NCBI GenBank assembly: GCA_964350125.1
Contig: CAYGJI010000004.1
Coordinates: forward strand, 3,443-67,442
Origin: an uncultured Paludibacter sp.
GTDB taxonomy: Bacteria > Bacteroidota > Bacteroidia > Bacteroidales > Paludibacteraceae
Direction: 5' to 3'
DNA: 64,000 nucleotides
The notes under the pieces were generated by a model. The model made no database searches and had not been told where the DNA came from. It was given only the letters and a program-made list of their open reading frames with translations. The translations under genes and the position numbers were made by a program. Shown here in pieces: positions 1 through 9,947 of this stretch (its first letter is position 1; each line of letters begins with the position of its first letter).

Positions 1-2086
1 CGGTGACTTCATCGCCCAGTTGATATTTGCGGCGATAACGGCGGCCTACCAGACAATAATTCTTATCGTCGAAAGTGTAGTAATCGTCGTCGAGTTCGCG
101 AATTGGAACCATGCCTTCACACTTATTTTCAATCAGTTCCACGTAAATACCCCATTCGGTTACGCCCGAAATTACGCCATCGAAAACTTGTCCGAGATGT
201 GCGGCCATAAATTCAACTTGTTTGTACTTGATAGATGCCCTTTCGGCATTGGCAGCCAACTGTTCCATCTCCGAACTATGGCGACACATATCCTCGTACT
301 CCTTCTGATTCACACTTTTAGCTCCCGAAGCATAGCGTTCGAGCAAGCGGTGAACCATCATGTCGGGATAGCGGCGTATGGGCGACGTAAAGTGGGTGTA
401 ATATTCGAACGATAGTCCGTAATGACCCATATTGTCGGTGGAATATTCAGCCTTGGCCATGGAGCGAATAGCCAGTGTTTCGATCAGGTTTTGCTCTTTT
501 TTACCCTGAACAGCATCGAGCAGCGCATTGATAGAGCCCGAAACAGCCGATTGTTTGCCGGTGGTTCTGAGCTGGTAGCCGAACTTACGTATGAATTGCG
601 AGAAATTCTCAAGCTTATCGGGATTAGGCAAATCGTGGATGCGATACACGAAGGTTTTGGCTTTTTGTCCGCGCCCCGGCTTTCCAATGTGCGCGGCTAC
701 CGTTTTGTTGGCCAGCAACATAAACTCTTCTATCAGTTTGTTGGCATCTTTCTGTTCTTTGAAAAAAACCGAAACCGGCTTGCCTTTTTCATCAATATCG
801 AAACGCACTTCAACCCGGTCGAAAGCGATCGCACCCTGATCGAAACGTTTCTTTCGCAGAATCTTAGCTAAACGGTCGAGTTCCAGTATTTGTTCCTTAA
901 AATCGCCCTGACCCGTCTCAATCACCTGCTGTGCTTCTTCGTAAGTAAAGCGGCGGTTGCTGCGGATAACCGTTTTAACAATATCATAATGAGTTACTTC
1001 AGCCTTGTCATTCATTTGGAAAATAGCCGAATAGCAAAGTTTATCCTCGTCGGGGCGCAGCGAGCAAATGCCATTCGACAAATGTTCAGGCAACATCGGA
1101 ATGGTACGATCGACCAGGTACACCGATGTGGCACGTTCGCGACCTTCTCTTTCGATGATACTGCCGGGTTGCACATAATGCGTAACATCAGCAATGTGAA
1201 CACCCACTTCCCATAAGCCATTGTCGAGTTTGCGTAATGAAAGCGCATCGTCGAAGTCCTTCGCATCGCGTGGGTCGATGGTAAAAGTAGGAATGCCACG
1301 CATATCGGTTCGTTTGGCCACTTCTTCGGGGGTGATGCCGGCATCAATCTTATCGGCTGCAGCTTCAACCTCAGCAGGATATTTGTATGGTAATCCGAAT
1401 TCGACCAAGATAGCGTGCATTTCTGTGTCGTTGTCGCCCTTATTTCCGAGAATATCTATTACTTCTCCGACCGGATTTTTCAGATTTGGTTCCCATTGCA
1501 GGAGTTTTACCACTACTTTCTGACCATTTTTAGCACCATTCAGTTTGTTTTTAGGTATAAAAACATCGTTGGTTAGCACACGGTTATCACATATAAGAAA
1601 AGCGTAATTCTCCGAAACATCAAGGAGTCCCACAAAAGTATCTTTGGCGCGTTCGATGATATCCACCACCTCACCTTCAGGTTGCTGACCCCTTCGACGG
1701 GCGTACAGAAACACCTTCACTTTGTCGTTGAGCAACGCATGATTGGTTTTGCGTTCGGGGATGAAAACCAGCTCGCCACCATCGTCGGGCAGCAGGAAAG
1801 TTTTCACACCCTGCCGTTCGATGCTGCCGGTAATGAAACCTCCACGCGAATTCAGCCGGTATTTGCCCCTTGTAACTTCTGTCAGAAAATCATCTTCGAG
1901 CAGTTGAAACAGAATATTGAGCACGTGGTCTTTTTGCGAATCATGCTTTAGTTCAAGTAAAGCTGCTATCTGTCTGAAGTTAAAAGATTTGGTTTGGTTT
2001 TCATTGAAAATATTGGTGATGCTGCGAACCAGTTCCGATTGGCGGATGCGTGTGCTTTCCTGATTTTTTTTTCTCTTTTTAGGCAT
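1..2086 (-). CDS. rnr: Ribonuclease R (3' end runs off the window)
   Basis: Absent from the ORF track because the stop is outside the window. The reverse complement near 350-405 reads YYTHFTSPIRRYPDMMVH (RNB signature), and TIDPRDAKDFDDALS lies near 1236-1283. The start ATG is at 2086 (MPKKRKKNQ). Confidence 0.93.
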   Translation of the reverse strand, partial: MPKKRKKNQESTRIRQSELVRSITNIFNENQTKSFNFRQIAALLELKHDSQKDHVLNILFQLLEDDFLTEVTRGKYRLNSRGGFITGSIERQGVKTFLLPDDGGELVFIPERKTNHALLNDKVKVFLYARRRGQQPEGEVVDIIERAKDTFVGLLDVSENYAFLICDNRVLTNDVFIPKNKLNGAKNGQKVVVKLLQWEPNLKNPVGEVIDILGNKGDNDTEMHAILVEFGLPYKYPAEVEAAADKIDAGITPEEVAKRTDMRGIPTFTIDPRDAKDFDDALSLRKLDNGLWEVGVHIADVTHYVQPGSIIEREGRERATSVYLVDRTIPMLPEHLSNGICSLRPDEDKLCYSAIFQMNDKAEVTHYDIVKTVIRSNRRFTYEEAQQVIETGQGDFKEQILELDRLAKILRKKRFDQGAIAFDRVEVRFDIDEKGKPVSVFFKEQKDANKLIEEFMLLANKTVAAHIGKPGRGQKAKTFVYRIHDLPNPDKLENFSQFIRKFGYQLRTTGKQSAVSGSINALLDAVQGKKEQNLIETLAIRSMAKAEYSTDNMGHYGLSFEYYTHFTSPIRRYPDMMVHRLLERYASGAKSVNQKEYEDMCRHSSEMEQLAANAERASIKYKQVEFMAAHLGQVFDGVISGVTEWGIYVELIENKCEGMVPIRELDDDYYTFDDKNYCLVGRRYRRKYQLGDEVT

Positions 2087-2203
2087 ATGGGCAATCTGTA
2101 TTGTGTGAAGTACAACAAAAGTACAACAATTCGGAGAAGATAAAGTTACAATCCGTCGAAATTATCGTAAATTCGCAGCACTTTCACACGCGATTATAAC
2201 TCT

Positions 2204-3088
2204 ATGAAGAAAAAAATAGCTTTTATCATCAATCCGATATCCGGAACAAGCAATAAAAAAGGCCTGCCTGAGCAGATATTGGCCGTACTCGACACCGGGC
2301 AGTTCGAACCCGATTTTGTGGTTACTGAGCATCGTTTTCATGGTCGCGAACTGGCTGCCGGATTTGCAGCATCAGGCTATCATGCAGTGATAGCTGTTGG
2401 TGGGGATGGTACGGTGAACGAAGTGGCCTGTTCGTTGCGGCACACCGAAACGGCGCTGGGCATTATACCAACGGGTTCAGGCAATGGTTTAGCACGTCAT
2501 TTTCAGATTCCACTGGCAGTGAAAAGAGCCGTTGAGCTGCTCAATCATTCCGAAACGATACTGATGGACTACGGTTTGGTAAACAATCATCCTTTTTTTT
2601 GTACCTGTGGTACCGGTTTCGATGCCTATGTGAGTACCGAGTTTGCGAAAGGCAAGGAGCGTGGTATCATGGCTTATCTCGAAAAAATCATCACCGGATA
2701 TTTCAATTACCGATCGCAACAATATCATCTTACCGGCGATAATATAGATTTGAAAACCAAAGCTTTTGTGCTTACTTTTGCCAATGCATCACAGTGGGGA
2801 AACAACGCTTACATCGCTCCTCAGGCAAGCGTGCAGGATGGAAAAATGGATATTTCAATCCTCAGTAATTTCCCTGTGATTGCCATTCCATCACTTGCAC
2901 TTCAGTTGTTTACCAAAACCATCGACAAGGATTTTTTTATGACCACACTCAGGGCTGAAGAAGTTACCTTACACCGGACTGCGCCCGGGCCTTTTCATTT
3001 CGATGGTGAACCCTATGAAGAAGGGACAGAAATTAGTGTGAAGATGGTACGCGATGGACTGAAGATGCTGGTGAAAAAACGGTACTAA
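2204..3088 (+). CDS. YegS/DAGK-family lipid kinase
   Basis: IINPISG, GGDGTVNEV, PTGSGNGLARH and DGE motifs. Confidence 0.9.
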   Translation: MKKKIAFIINPISGTSNKKGLPEQILAVLDTGQFEPDFVVTEHRFHGRELAAGFAASGYHAVIAVGGDGTVNEVACSLRHTETALGIIPTGSGNGLARHFQIPLAVKRAVELLNHSETILMDYGLVNNHPFFCTCGTGFDAYVSTEFAKGKERGIMAYLEKIITGYFNYRSQQYHLTGDNIDLKTKAFVLTFANASQWGNNAYIAPQASVQDGKMDISILSNFPVIAIPSLALQLFTKTIDKDFFMTTLRAEEVTLHRTAPGPFHFDGEPYEEGTEISVKMVRDGLKMLVKKRY

Positions 3089-3426
3089 GTTAGATTTAAC
3101 TCTTAAATTTTTTGACATTGCTTTGGTTGCAATATTTACTGCAATACCAGGCATGTGTTCACTTTTTGCGTTTATTTTAATCCACCCAATATACAAATTC
3201 ATCCACCAGGCAATATTGTCAAAGCATTTATATTTGTTTCCGTTTATGGCGATTTAACGGTTTGTGTTTTTTCGATGTGTAGTGTTTGTACACGCAAACG
3301 GGTTTTGCATTTAATTCTGCCATAATTTTCGGACAGGAAATTTGTATCAATAACATGTTAATCCTGTTCATCCTGTCTGACACAAATACTGCGCTTTCAT
3401 TTTTGAATCTCTTAAAAATCAATATC

Positions 3427-5871
3427 ATGAAAAAATCATTACTAATTACTGCCCTGCTACTGGCATTGGGCTTTTGTGGTTTTATAAGTGCCCAAACAAA
3501 TCCCGGAACAGCGAATCTGAAGCATCGCTGGACTTTTGACAATGGGTCGAATGTGGATGAAATTGGCGGTGTTGCCGGCGTAATTGTAGGAAACGGTGTG
3601 CTGGCCAACAACGGCTTTGTTTCGACCAATGCCCACATGCGCTTCCCTGCATCGCAGATAGCCATCAATACTTATCCTGAACTGACTGTGGAGTTGTGGT
3701 GTACTTCGGTGGCCGGTGCTAACGGCGGCTGGACTATGCTCTGCAACTTTGGCGAGACCAATGCGGCTGGTCAAGGAGTTAATTGCACTTTTCTGTCGAT
3801 TGCACGTGGCGATAATGTGAGCATGGCTACCCTCGAAGCTCCCAACTGGAATGGTTGCACCGGCCCCGAGTACGACGATGGCAAGTTACATCATTTTGCC
3901 TATACCGTGACTGCTACTGCCATCACGCTTTTTATCGATGGCAATCAGGTGAGTACTGCGAATCTGACGGGAACAAATTCGCTGGCTAATATCAGTACTT
4001 CGCTGGCTTATCTTGGTCGCGGTGGCTGGACTGCCGACCCGAACTGGATTGGTACTTTCCATAAGTTCAGTCTTTACAATAAAGCACTCTCACCAAGTGA
4101 GATTTTGTTCCTGTACCAGGCAGGTGCCGAAGCTAATGCCGTAATTACTGCCACCAAATCGAATATAGCGCTCGATGGAAGCTATTCTGCCGATGCTTTT
4201 AATGTAACCGGCGCCAACCTGTCTGCGCCTATCAACATTACTGTACCGGCCGGCATTACAGCTGTACCGGCCTCGTTGCCGGCCAATGCAACCGGAGCCG
4301 AAGTGTACGTGGTGTGGGATGGAACTACGGCCGTAAATGGCAACATCACCCTCGCGAGTGGAAGTACTCAGGTGAACATACCGGTAAAGACAGCCAACGA
4401 TTCGGGTTGTTATACGCCGATGTTTACCGATGTGTTGAATTTGGTTCAGGATCCGGGCTTGAACAGCCTGTCGTTCTTCGGTGGCTGGGGAACACGCGAA
4501 TTGAGGAATATTGTAACCGACCCCGCCAATGTGTATTGCGGTGCTTCGTCGATGGCTGTGGGCAACGGAACTTCTGCAGGGAGTGGTTCGCTCAATGTGG
4601 ATGTTACGGGCCGCCTGGTTCCAAACACCATGTATCGGGTAAAAGCCATGGTGAAAACCGTTGATGGTTCTTTCCAGATGGGCGTGCTTGGCTGGTCGCA
4701 GGGCGAAGGAGATATCAATCACGTAATAGATACACAGGGCGAATGGAAGCCCCTCGAATTCAGTTTCACTACCGGCGCCATACTGCGACCTGATGTGCAT
4801 GTACTTTTCTGGAACAACTGGCAGTGTACCGGAACACTGAGCTATATCGACAACTGGGAAATATATGAAGCCCCCGATGCGCAACTCAATGTGTCGGTCA
4901 GCTCCGAAGCCTTCGATCCCGAATATAAAGAATTCAGTTTTGCAGTTACCGGTGCAAATCTCTCTGAACCCATCACCATTGCTTTGCCTGCGGGATTGAG
5001 CTCTGATGTAAACACTGTGCCGGCTGATGCACAGGCTGCTCCCGTAAAAATCACCTGGGATGGTGCAACTGCTGTGAATGGCGAAATAGTGCTGACAAGT
5101 ACCCGACTGAGCAAGAGAATTGCTGTGAAATCTACTTCGGTATCGAACAGCAGCTGTTTTGTGCCACTTTATACTACAAAAACGAACATGGTTGGAGATC
5201 CTTTTGTAAACAGCCTGAGTAATTTCGGAGGATGGGGCTCACGGGGAATCATCAGCATTGCCACAGCCCGGGACTCGGTATTTTGCGGAAGCCATTCGGG
5301 CAGGGTTAGTCGGGCAGGGTCACTGGATGTGATGCTAACCGGCAGATTAAAGAAGAATACAGCCTATCTTGCACGGGCAATGGTGATGACAGTCGGCGGG
5401 CATTTCCAGCTTGGGGTTTGGGGAATGAATGCACTCATTCCGGGCGATGTGCAAGACTCGCTTGATACACAGGGAACCTGGATGCCCATCAGTGTGGAAT
5501 TTGCAACGAGCGATTCTTTAGCCGCGGTACACGGAATGTTTTTCAATAATTATCAGCGTAGCGGAAGAGTAGGCTATATCGACAACTGGGAATTGTATGA
5601 AATGGGCGGTACTTCGCTGAATAATCTGATGGGCGGTAATAGTCGGGCTTATTTTTCAGGAAATCGACTGATGGTTGAGATGAATGCTGATACACAGTTA
5701 GATGTACATATTGCCGTTTACAATATGCAGGGAATGTTGCTCGCCTCTGAAATGGTCGATGCCATGCCCGGAAAAAACAGCATTTCGATCGATGGAGTGC
5801 TTCCGGCTGGTGTTTATGTGATGAAAATTAACGCAGGTAGCAGGCAAATGCTGCATAAACTTGTGAAGTAA
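3427..5871 (+). CDS. T9SS-secreted protein: LamG-like domain, two tandem (Ig-like + CBM-like) repeats and a C-terminal sorting domain
   Basis: Signal peptide MKKSLL at 3427 (the track starts upstream at 3286). LamG-like motifs HHFAYTV, LFIDG and YNKALSPSEI. Internal duplication. CTD ending YNMQG...LPAGVYVMKI...HKLVK. Confidence 0.8.
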   Translation: MKKSLLITALLLALGFCGFISAQTNPGTANLKHRWTFDNGSNVDEIGGVAGVIVGNGVLANNGFVSTNAHMRFPASQIAINTYPELTVELWCTSVAGANGGWTMLCNFGETNAAGQGVNCTFLSIARGDNVSMATLEAPNWNGCTGPEYDDGKLHHFAYTVTATAITLFIDGNQVSTANLTGTNSLANISTSLAYLGRGGWTADPNWIGTFHKFSLYNKALSPSEILFLYQAGAEANAVITATKSNIALDGSYSADAFNVTGANLSAPINITVPAGITAVPASLPANATGAEVYVVWDGTTAVNGNITLASGSTQVNIPVKTANDSGCYTPMFTDVLNLVQDPGLNSLSFFGGWGTRELRNIVTDPANVYCGASSMAVGNGTSAGSGSLNVDVTGRLVPNTMYRVKAMVKTVDGSFQMGVLGWSQGEGDINHVIDTQGEWKPLEFSFTTGAILRPDVHVLFWNNWQCTGTLSYIDNWEIYEAPDAQLNVSVSSEAFDPEYKEFSFAVTGANLSEPITIALPAGLSSDVNTVPADAQAAPVKITWDGATAVNGEIVLTSTRLSKRIAVKSTSVSNSSCFVPLYTTKTNMVGDPFVNSLSNFGGWGSRGIISIATARDSVFCGSHSGRVSRAGSLDVMLTGRLKKNTAYLARAMVMTVGGHFQLGVWGMNALIPGDVQDSLDTQGTWMPISVEFATSDSLAAVHGMFFNNYQRSGRVGYIDNWELYEMGGTSLNNLMGGNSRAYFSGNRLMVEMNADTQLDVHIAVYNMQGMLLASEMVDAMPGKNSISIDGVLPAGVYVMKINAGSRQMLHKLVK

Positions 5872-5905
5872 TCGTTTCAGACATAAAGTTTCGTTGATTT
5901 GAATT

Positions 5906-5945
5906 GCGCATCTGCCGGACACATTTTCGTGCAGGTGCGCTTTTT
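5906..5945 (+). terminator. Intrinsic terminator
   Basis: GCGCATCTGC...GCAGGTGCGC followed by TTTTT. Confidence 0.65.
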
Positions 5946-6026
5946 ATAGCTATGTTCATTTCCTGCATCAATCAAAAAATTGTATATTTGCAGGCTTTTA
6001 ACAGTCTCAAATAATCAGTTGATGTC

Positions 6027-6767
6027 ATGAATATTTTTCAGGATACGGGAAAATACGTTTTACTGATGAAACGTGTTTTAGTAAAACCCGACCGTGGCCG
6101 GATGTTTTTTCGTCAGTTCCCGAAAGAATTGGAGAAACTGGGCCTGCAATCACTTCCGATTGTAATTATCATTTCGGTGTTTATCGGAGCTATTCTCACC
6201 ATTCAGACCAAGCTTAATACCGAAAACCCGATGTTGCCGACCTACAGTACAGGTCTTGTTACACGCGACACCCTGCTGCTGGAGTTTTCATCCACAATTC
6301 TGTGCCTGATTCTGGCAGGAAAAATCGGGTCGAACATTGCCTCCGAGATTGGCACAATGCGCATTACCGAACAAATTGATGCGCTTGAAATTATGGGAGT
6401 GAATTCGGCCAATTACCTGATTCTTCCAAAAATAGTTGCTTTTGTAGTGATGATGCCCTTCCTGGTTATTTTCAGTATGGGTATCGGACTGGTCGGGGGA
6501 TATTTTGTCGGGGTATTTACTGATATAATTACTACAGCCGATTATCTTCTCGGAATACAATACGCCTTTATTCCGTATTATGTAGTTTATTCGCTCATTA
6601 AGTCGGTTGTTTTTGCCTTTCTGATATCTTCGGTAGCGGCTTTTTACGGCTATTATGCCTATGGAGGAGCGCTCGATGTGGGTAAAGCCAGTACCAATGC
6701 CGTAGTGAACAGCAGTATTCTGATTCTTTTTTTCAATCTGCTGATAACCAATGTCATGCTCAATTAA
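6027..6767 (+). CDS. mlaE: MlaE-family ABC transporter permease
   Basis: GSNIASEIGTMRITEQIDALEIMGV and GGALDVGKASTNAVV. A TATATTTG -7 box lies at 5983-5990. Confidence 0.9.
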   Translation: MNIFQDTGKYVLLMKRVLVKPDRGRMFFRQFPKELEKLGLQSLPIVIIISVFIGAILTIQTKLNTENPMLPTYSTGLVTRDTLLLEFSSTILCLILAGKIGSNIASEIGTMRITEQIDALEIMGVNSANYLILPKIVAFVVMMPFLVIFSMGIGLVGGYFVGVFTDIITTADYLLGIQYAFIPYYVVYSLIKSVVFAFLISSVAAFYGYYAYGGALDVGKASTNAVVNSSILILFFNLLITNVMLN

Positions 6768-6806
6768 TTATCAATGGGAGACAAACTGGTTTAAAACAAA
6801 AAGCAA

Positions 6807-7565
6807 ATGATAACTGTAACTAACGTAGATAAAATATTCGGCGACAACCACGTTTTAAAAAACGTTTCAGCAGTGTTTGAGGCCGGTAAAACCAACATGA
6901 TTATTGGTGCAAGCGGTTCGGGAAAAACGGTGCTGATGAAGAGTATCATCGGCCTGCACCGCATCAATTCAGGCCGCATCGAGTATGATGGTCGAAATCT
7001 TCCGGATATGAAGATGAGTGAGATTCGCAAACTGCGACGTGAGGTGGGTATGCTGTTTCAGGGTTCAGCCCTGTTCGATTCGCTCAGTGTATTAGAGAAT
7101 GTGATGTATCCGCTCGAAATGTTTTCGGGTTTCACCAAAGATGCAATGACCGAAAGAGCACTGTTTTGTCTGCGTCGTGTGAATCTCCCCGAAAATTCGC
7201 ACAAACTGGTGCCTTCAGAAATTAGCGGTGGAATGCAGAAGCGCGTGGCCATTGCCCGTGCCATCGCCCTGCAACCCAAATATCTGTTTTGCGACGAGCC
7301 CAATTCCGGTCTCGATCCCAAAACATCACTTATCATCGATCAGCTCATCAGCGAAATTACACACGAATTCAATATCACCACCATCATTAACTCGCACGAT
7401 ATGAATTCGGTGATGGAAATCGGTGAACACATCATCTTTATTAATCAGGGCGAAAAAGCATGGGAAGGGAACAAATCAGAAATCTTCCATGTTGACAATG
7501 AAGATTTGAATAATTTTGTGTTTGCTTCGAACCTGTATAAAATGGTGAAGAAGGCGAATAGTTAA
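6807..7565 (+). CDS. mlaF: MlaF/Mkl-family ABC ATPase
   Basis: Walker A GASGSGKT, FQGSALFDS, ISGGMQKR and DEPNSGLDP. Adjacent to mlaE. Confidence 0.9.
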   Translation: MITVTNVDKIFGDNHVLKNVSAVFEAGKTNMIIGASGSGKTVLMKSIIGLHRINSGRIEYDGRNLPDMKMSEIRKLRREVGMLFQGSALFDSLSVLENVMYPLEMFSGFTKDAMTERALFCLRRVNLPENSHKLVPSEISGGMQKRVAIARAIALQPKYLFCDEPNSGLDPKTSLIIDQLISEITHEFNITTIINSHDMNSVMEIGEHIIFINQGEKAWEGNKSEIFHVDNEDLNNFVFASNLYKMVKKANS

Positions 7566-7611
7566 TGTGCCAATGTGTTAATGTGCCAATGTGCCAATGT
7601 GCTAATGTGGT
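7564..7611. repeat. Tandem octamer repeat (AATGTGYY-like) x6
   Basis: aatgtgcc aatgtgtt aatgtgcc aatgtgcc aatgtgct aatgtggt. Confidence 0.9.
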
Positions 7612-7690
7612 GCAGGTTTAATTTGTTTCAAGAACGAGGTGGACAATCCGTTAAATCAATATGCGGATTTTCAAGTAAATAACATCAGCA

Positions 7691-8455
7691 ATGAAAATAA
7701 TATCATATAATGTAAATGGAATCAGGGCGGCGCTGACCAAAGATTTTGCCGGCTGGCTACGGGAAGAAAATCCGGATGTATTGCTGCTTCAGGAAACAAA
7801 GGCTCAGCCCGATCAGATTGATATCCTTGTGTTTGCTGAGTTGGGCTATACCACATTTTTGCATTCGGCCGAAAAAAAGGGATACAGTGGCGTGGCCATC
7901 CTCTCCAAAGAGATGCCTGATAATGTGGTGATTGGCATGAATAATCTTCAGTTCGACATCGAAGGCAGGGTTATCAGAGCCGACTTTGGCGATTTGTCGG
8001 TCATCAGCGTTTATATACCATCGGGTTCGTCGGGCGACGAAAGGCAGGCCTTCAAGATTGAATTTCTCGAAGCTTTTCTTCCTTTTGTAACCGAACTGAG
8101 AAAAACCCGCCCCAATCTGGTGATTGGCGGTGATTACAATATTTGCCATAAACCCATCGACATCAATCATCCCGAACGACAGATAGGTGTTTCCGGCTTT
8201 TTGCCCGAAGAGCGCGAATGGATGGATCGGTTTGAGGCAGCCGGTATGGTCGATACTTTCAGGGTGTTCGACACTTCTGCCGATAAATACAGTTGGTGGA
8301 GTTACCGGGGTGGCGCCCGCTTCAGGAATGCAGGCTGGCGCATCGATTACCATTGGGTTAGCGAGCCACTGAAATACCGGTTACGCAATGCTTCCATACT
8401 CGCCGATGTGGTTCATTCCGACCATTGTCCGGTCGTTGTAGAGTTATCGCTTTAG
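7691..8455 (+). CDS. xth: Exodeoxyribonuclease III
   Basis: [37 protein letters not shown] and SDHCP. Confidence 0.95.
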   Translation: MKIISYNVNGIRAALTKDFAGWLREENPDVLLLQETKAQPDQIDILVFAELGYTTFLHSAEKKGYSGVAILSKEMPDNVVIGMNNLQFDIEGRVIRADFGDLSVISVYIPSGSSGDERQAFKIEFLEAFLPFVTELRKTRPNLVIGGDYNICHKPIDINHPERQIGVSGFLPEEREWMDRFEAAGMVDTFRVFDTSADKYSWWSYRGGARFRNAGWRIDYHWVSEPLKYRLRNASILADVVHSDHCPVVVELSL

Positions 8456-8546
8456 TAACTGATGGTTAAAAAACATAAATATTGAAAGAAGGAATTTTTA
8501 AACAGCTATTTTGTGCTTACTTTTGCCCTTCGAAATGCATGTACCG

Positions 8547-9935
8547 ATGAAAAAAAACTGGTTTAAATTCCTGATAATTGCCCTGTCGCTGATTACCCTC
8601 AGTTCCTGTTTGTGGGAAGATGAAGAAACTGTGCTATCTTCGGACCCTACTTTTATATCGCTGAAATTTGGCACAAATGATAGCATACCGGCCTTGCAAT
8701 ACGCCAATTTTACCCTGGTGTACGATTCGCTGCTGAAAGATTCAATCATTGTGAATCTCGACTCGCTGCCCTATCAAACACGGATCGACTCGGTTTTTCC
8801 AACTTTTACATTCAGAAGTACTTTCTTTTCACAAATTATCTTGTTTGATTCGCTTGGAACAGGACTCGATACCATTGCTATCACCGGAAAGGATACTATT
8901 GACTTTACCCGCGTAGTGAAAGTGCGCAATATAGCTGCAGACCAAAAGGCGGAGCGTACATACCCCGTTAAAGTGAATGTACATCAGGTCGAGCCCGAAC
9001 TTTATGTGTGGAAAAAACTCAGGGATCAAATTTACACACATCCGGGAAGCATGCAGAAAGTGGTTTATTTCAAAAATCAATATCTGTTCTTTGCCGGATC
9101 GGGCTTATTCAATTTTCTTTATGTATCATCAGATGCTACTAACTGGGCAGCTGCAACACTCAGTGGTATGCCTGCCGGTCTCAACTTACGGAATATTACA
9201 GAATTTAATAACACCCTTTTTTTAATTGACGAATCGGGCGATATTCTCAGTAGTACCGATGGAAGAAACTGGAACCGGCATGTTGGAGTAGTACCCGGGC
9301 ATAAATTCATCAGTATTTTGTTTGGTCTCGAAGGTAATCTTTGGGCAGTGGTGCGCAACGACATTACAAAACAGGTGCATTTTGCATTAAGCAGTAATGG
9401 TTTAGCATGGTCGGTACAGGTGCAGATTCCCACATCTTTCCCCATTGGCGATTTTGCTTCACTTTCATTCAAATCGCGCACCAACAAACCCAAAGCACTG
9501 GTGTTGGGTGGTTTTGATGTGGATGGAAAACTGCTGGCTAAAAGCTGGAGTGTTGAGAGAAATGTATTCGGAGTTTACAGATGGGTCGATTTTAGCCTTG
9601 AGAACTCTACACTTGCTTCGCTTTCGGGAGCTATGCTTGTTCCCTACGACAATAAGTTGTTTTTATTTGGCGGATCCGATGCCGACGATCAGGTGATTGG
9701 CACCGCGTTTATGGAGTCGATCGACGAAGGATTGACCTGGAGATCTGTGGATACCACTTATAATAAGATTGCTGATGTGGCTGGCGGGTTCACTTACGAA
9801 CCCCGCAGCAATCAGTCGGTGATTCTCGACGAGGCCGATAAGCGCATCTACCTTTTTGGAGGCAGAACAAGACACAAAGTTTTCTCCGATGTGTGGACCG
9901 GCAAGTTGAACCGCATGTCGTTCGCTATACAGTAA
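8547..9935 (+). CDS. DUF6242-like lipoprotein with a propeller-like (Kelch/BNR) C-terminal region
   Basis: Lipobox LSSC followed by acidic residues, YPVKVNVHQVEPE..W motif, SxDGxxW and LFGG repeats. Start taken at MKKNWF. Confidence 0.65.
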   Translation: MKKNWFKFLIIALSLITLSSCLWEDEETVLSSDPTFISLKFGTNDSIPALQYANFTLVYDSLLKDSIIVNLDSLPYQTRIDSVFPTFTFRSTFFSQIILFDSLGTGLDTIAITGKDTIDFTRVVKVRNIAADQKAERTYPVKVNVHQVEPELYVWKKLRDQIYTHPGSMQKVVYFKNQYLFFAGSGLFNFLYVSSDATNWAAATLSGMPAGLNLRNITEFNNTLFLIDESGDILSSTDGRNWNRHVGVVPGHKFISILFGLEGNLWAVVRNDITKQVHFALSSNGLAWSVQVQIPTSFPIGDFASLSFKSRTNKPKALVLGGFDVDGKLLAKSWSVERNVFGVYRWVDFSLENSTLASLSGAMLVPYDNKLFLFGGSDADDQVIGTAFMESIDEGLTWRSVDTTYNKIADVAGGFTYEPRSNQSVILDEADKRIYLFGGRTRHKVFSDVWTGKLNRMSFAIQ

Positions 9936-9947
9936 TTTTTTTTTTTG

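Noticed and set aside
20..1951. Series of plus-strand ORFs of 80-150 aa
   Set aside because: Antisense shadows of the minus-strand rnr gene.
2108..2129. AAGTACAACAA tandem duplication in the rnr/kinase divergent promoter
   Set aside because: Only two copies in AT-rich DNA. It overlaps a -7 box but nothing else supports a function.
3286..3426. Upstream extensions of ORFs in the track (also 10216, 12255, 18727, 21151, 52486, 58602)
   Set aside because: Downstream ATGs give proper signal peptides or family N-termini, and several extensions overlap promoters or neighbouring genes.
7564..7611. Repeats as a possible CRISPR array
   Set aside because: 8-nt units without spacers. No repeat-spacer array or cas gene is seen anywhere in the window.
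9936..9946. T11 homopolymer as a phase-variation switch
   Set aside because: It is intergenic, directly after a stop codon, so a length change would not shift a frame.
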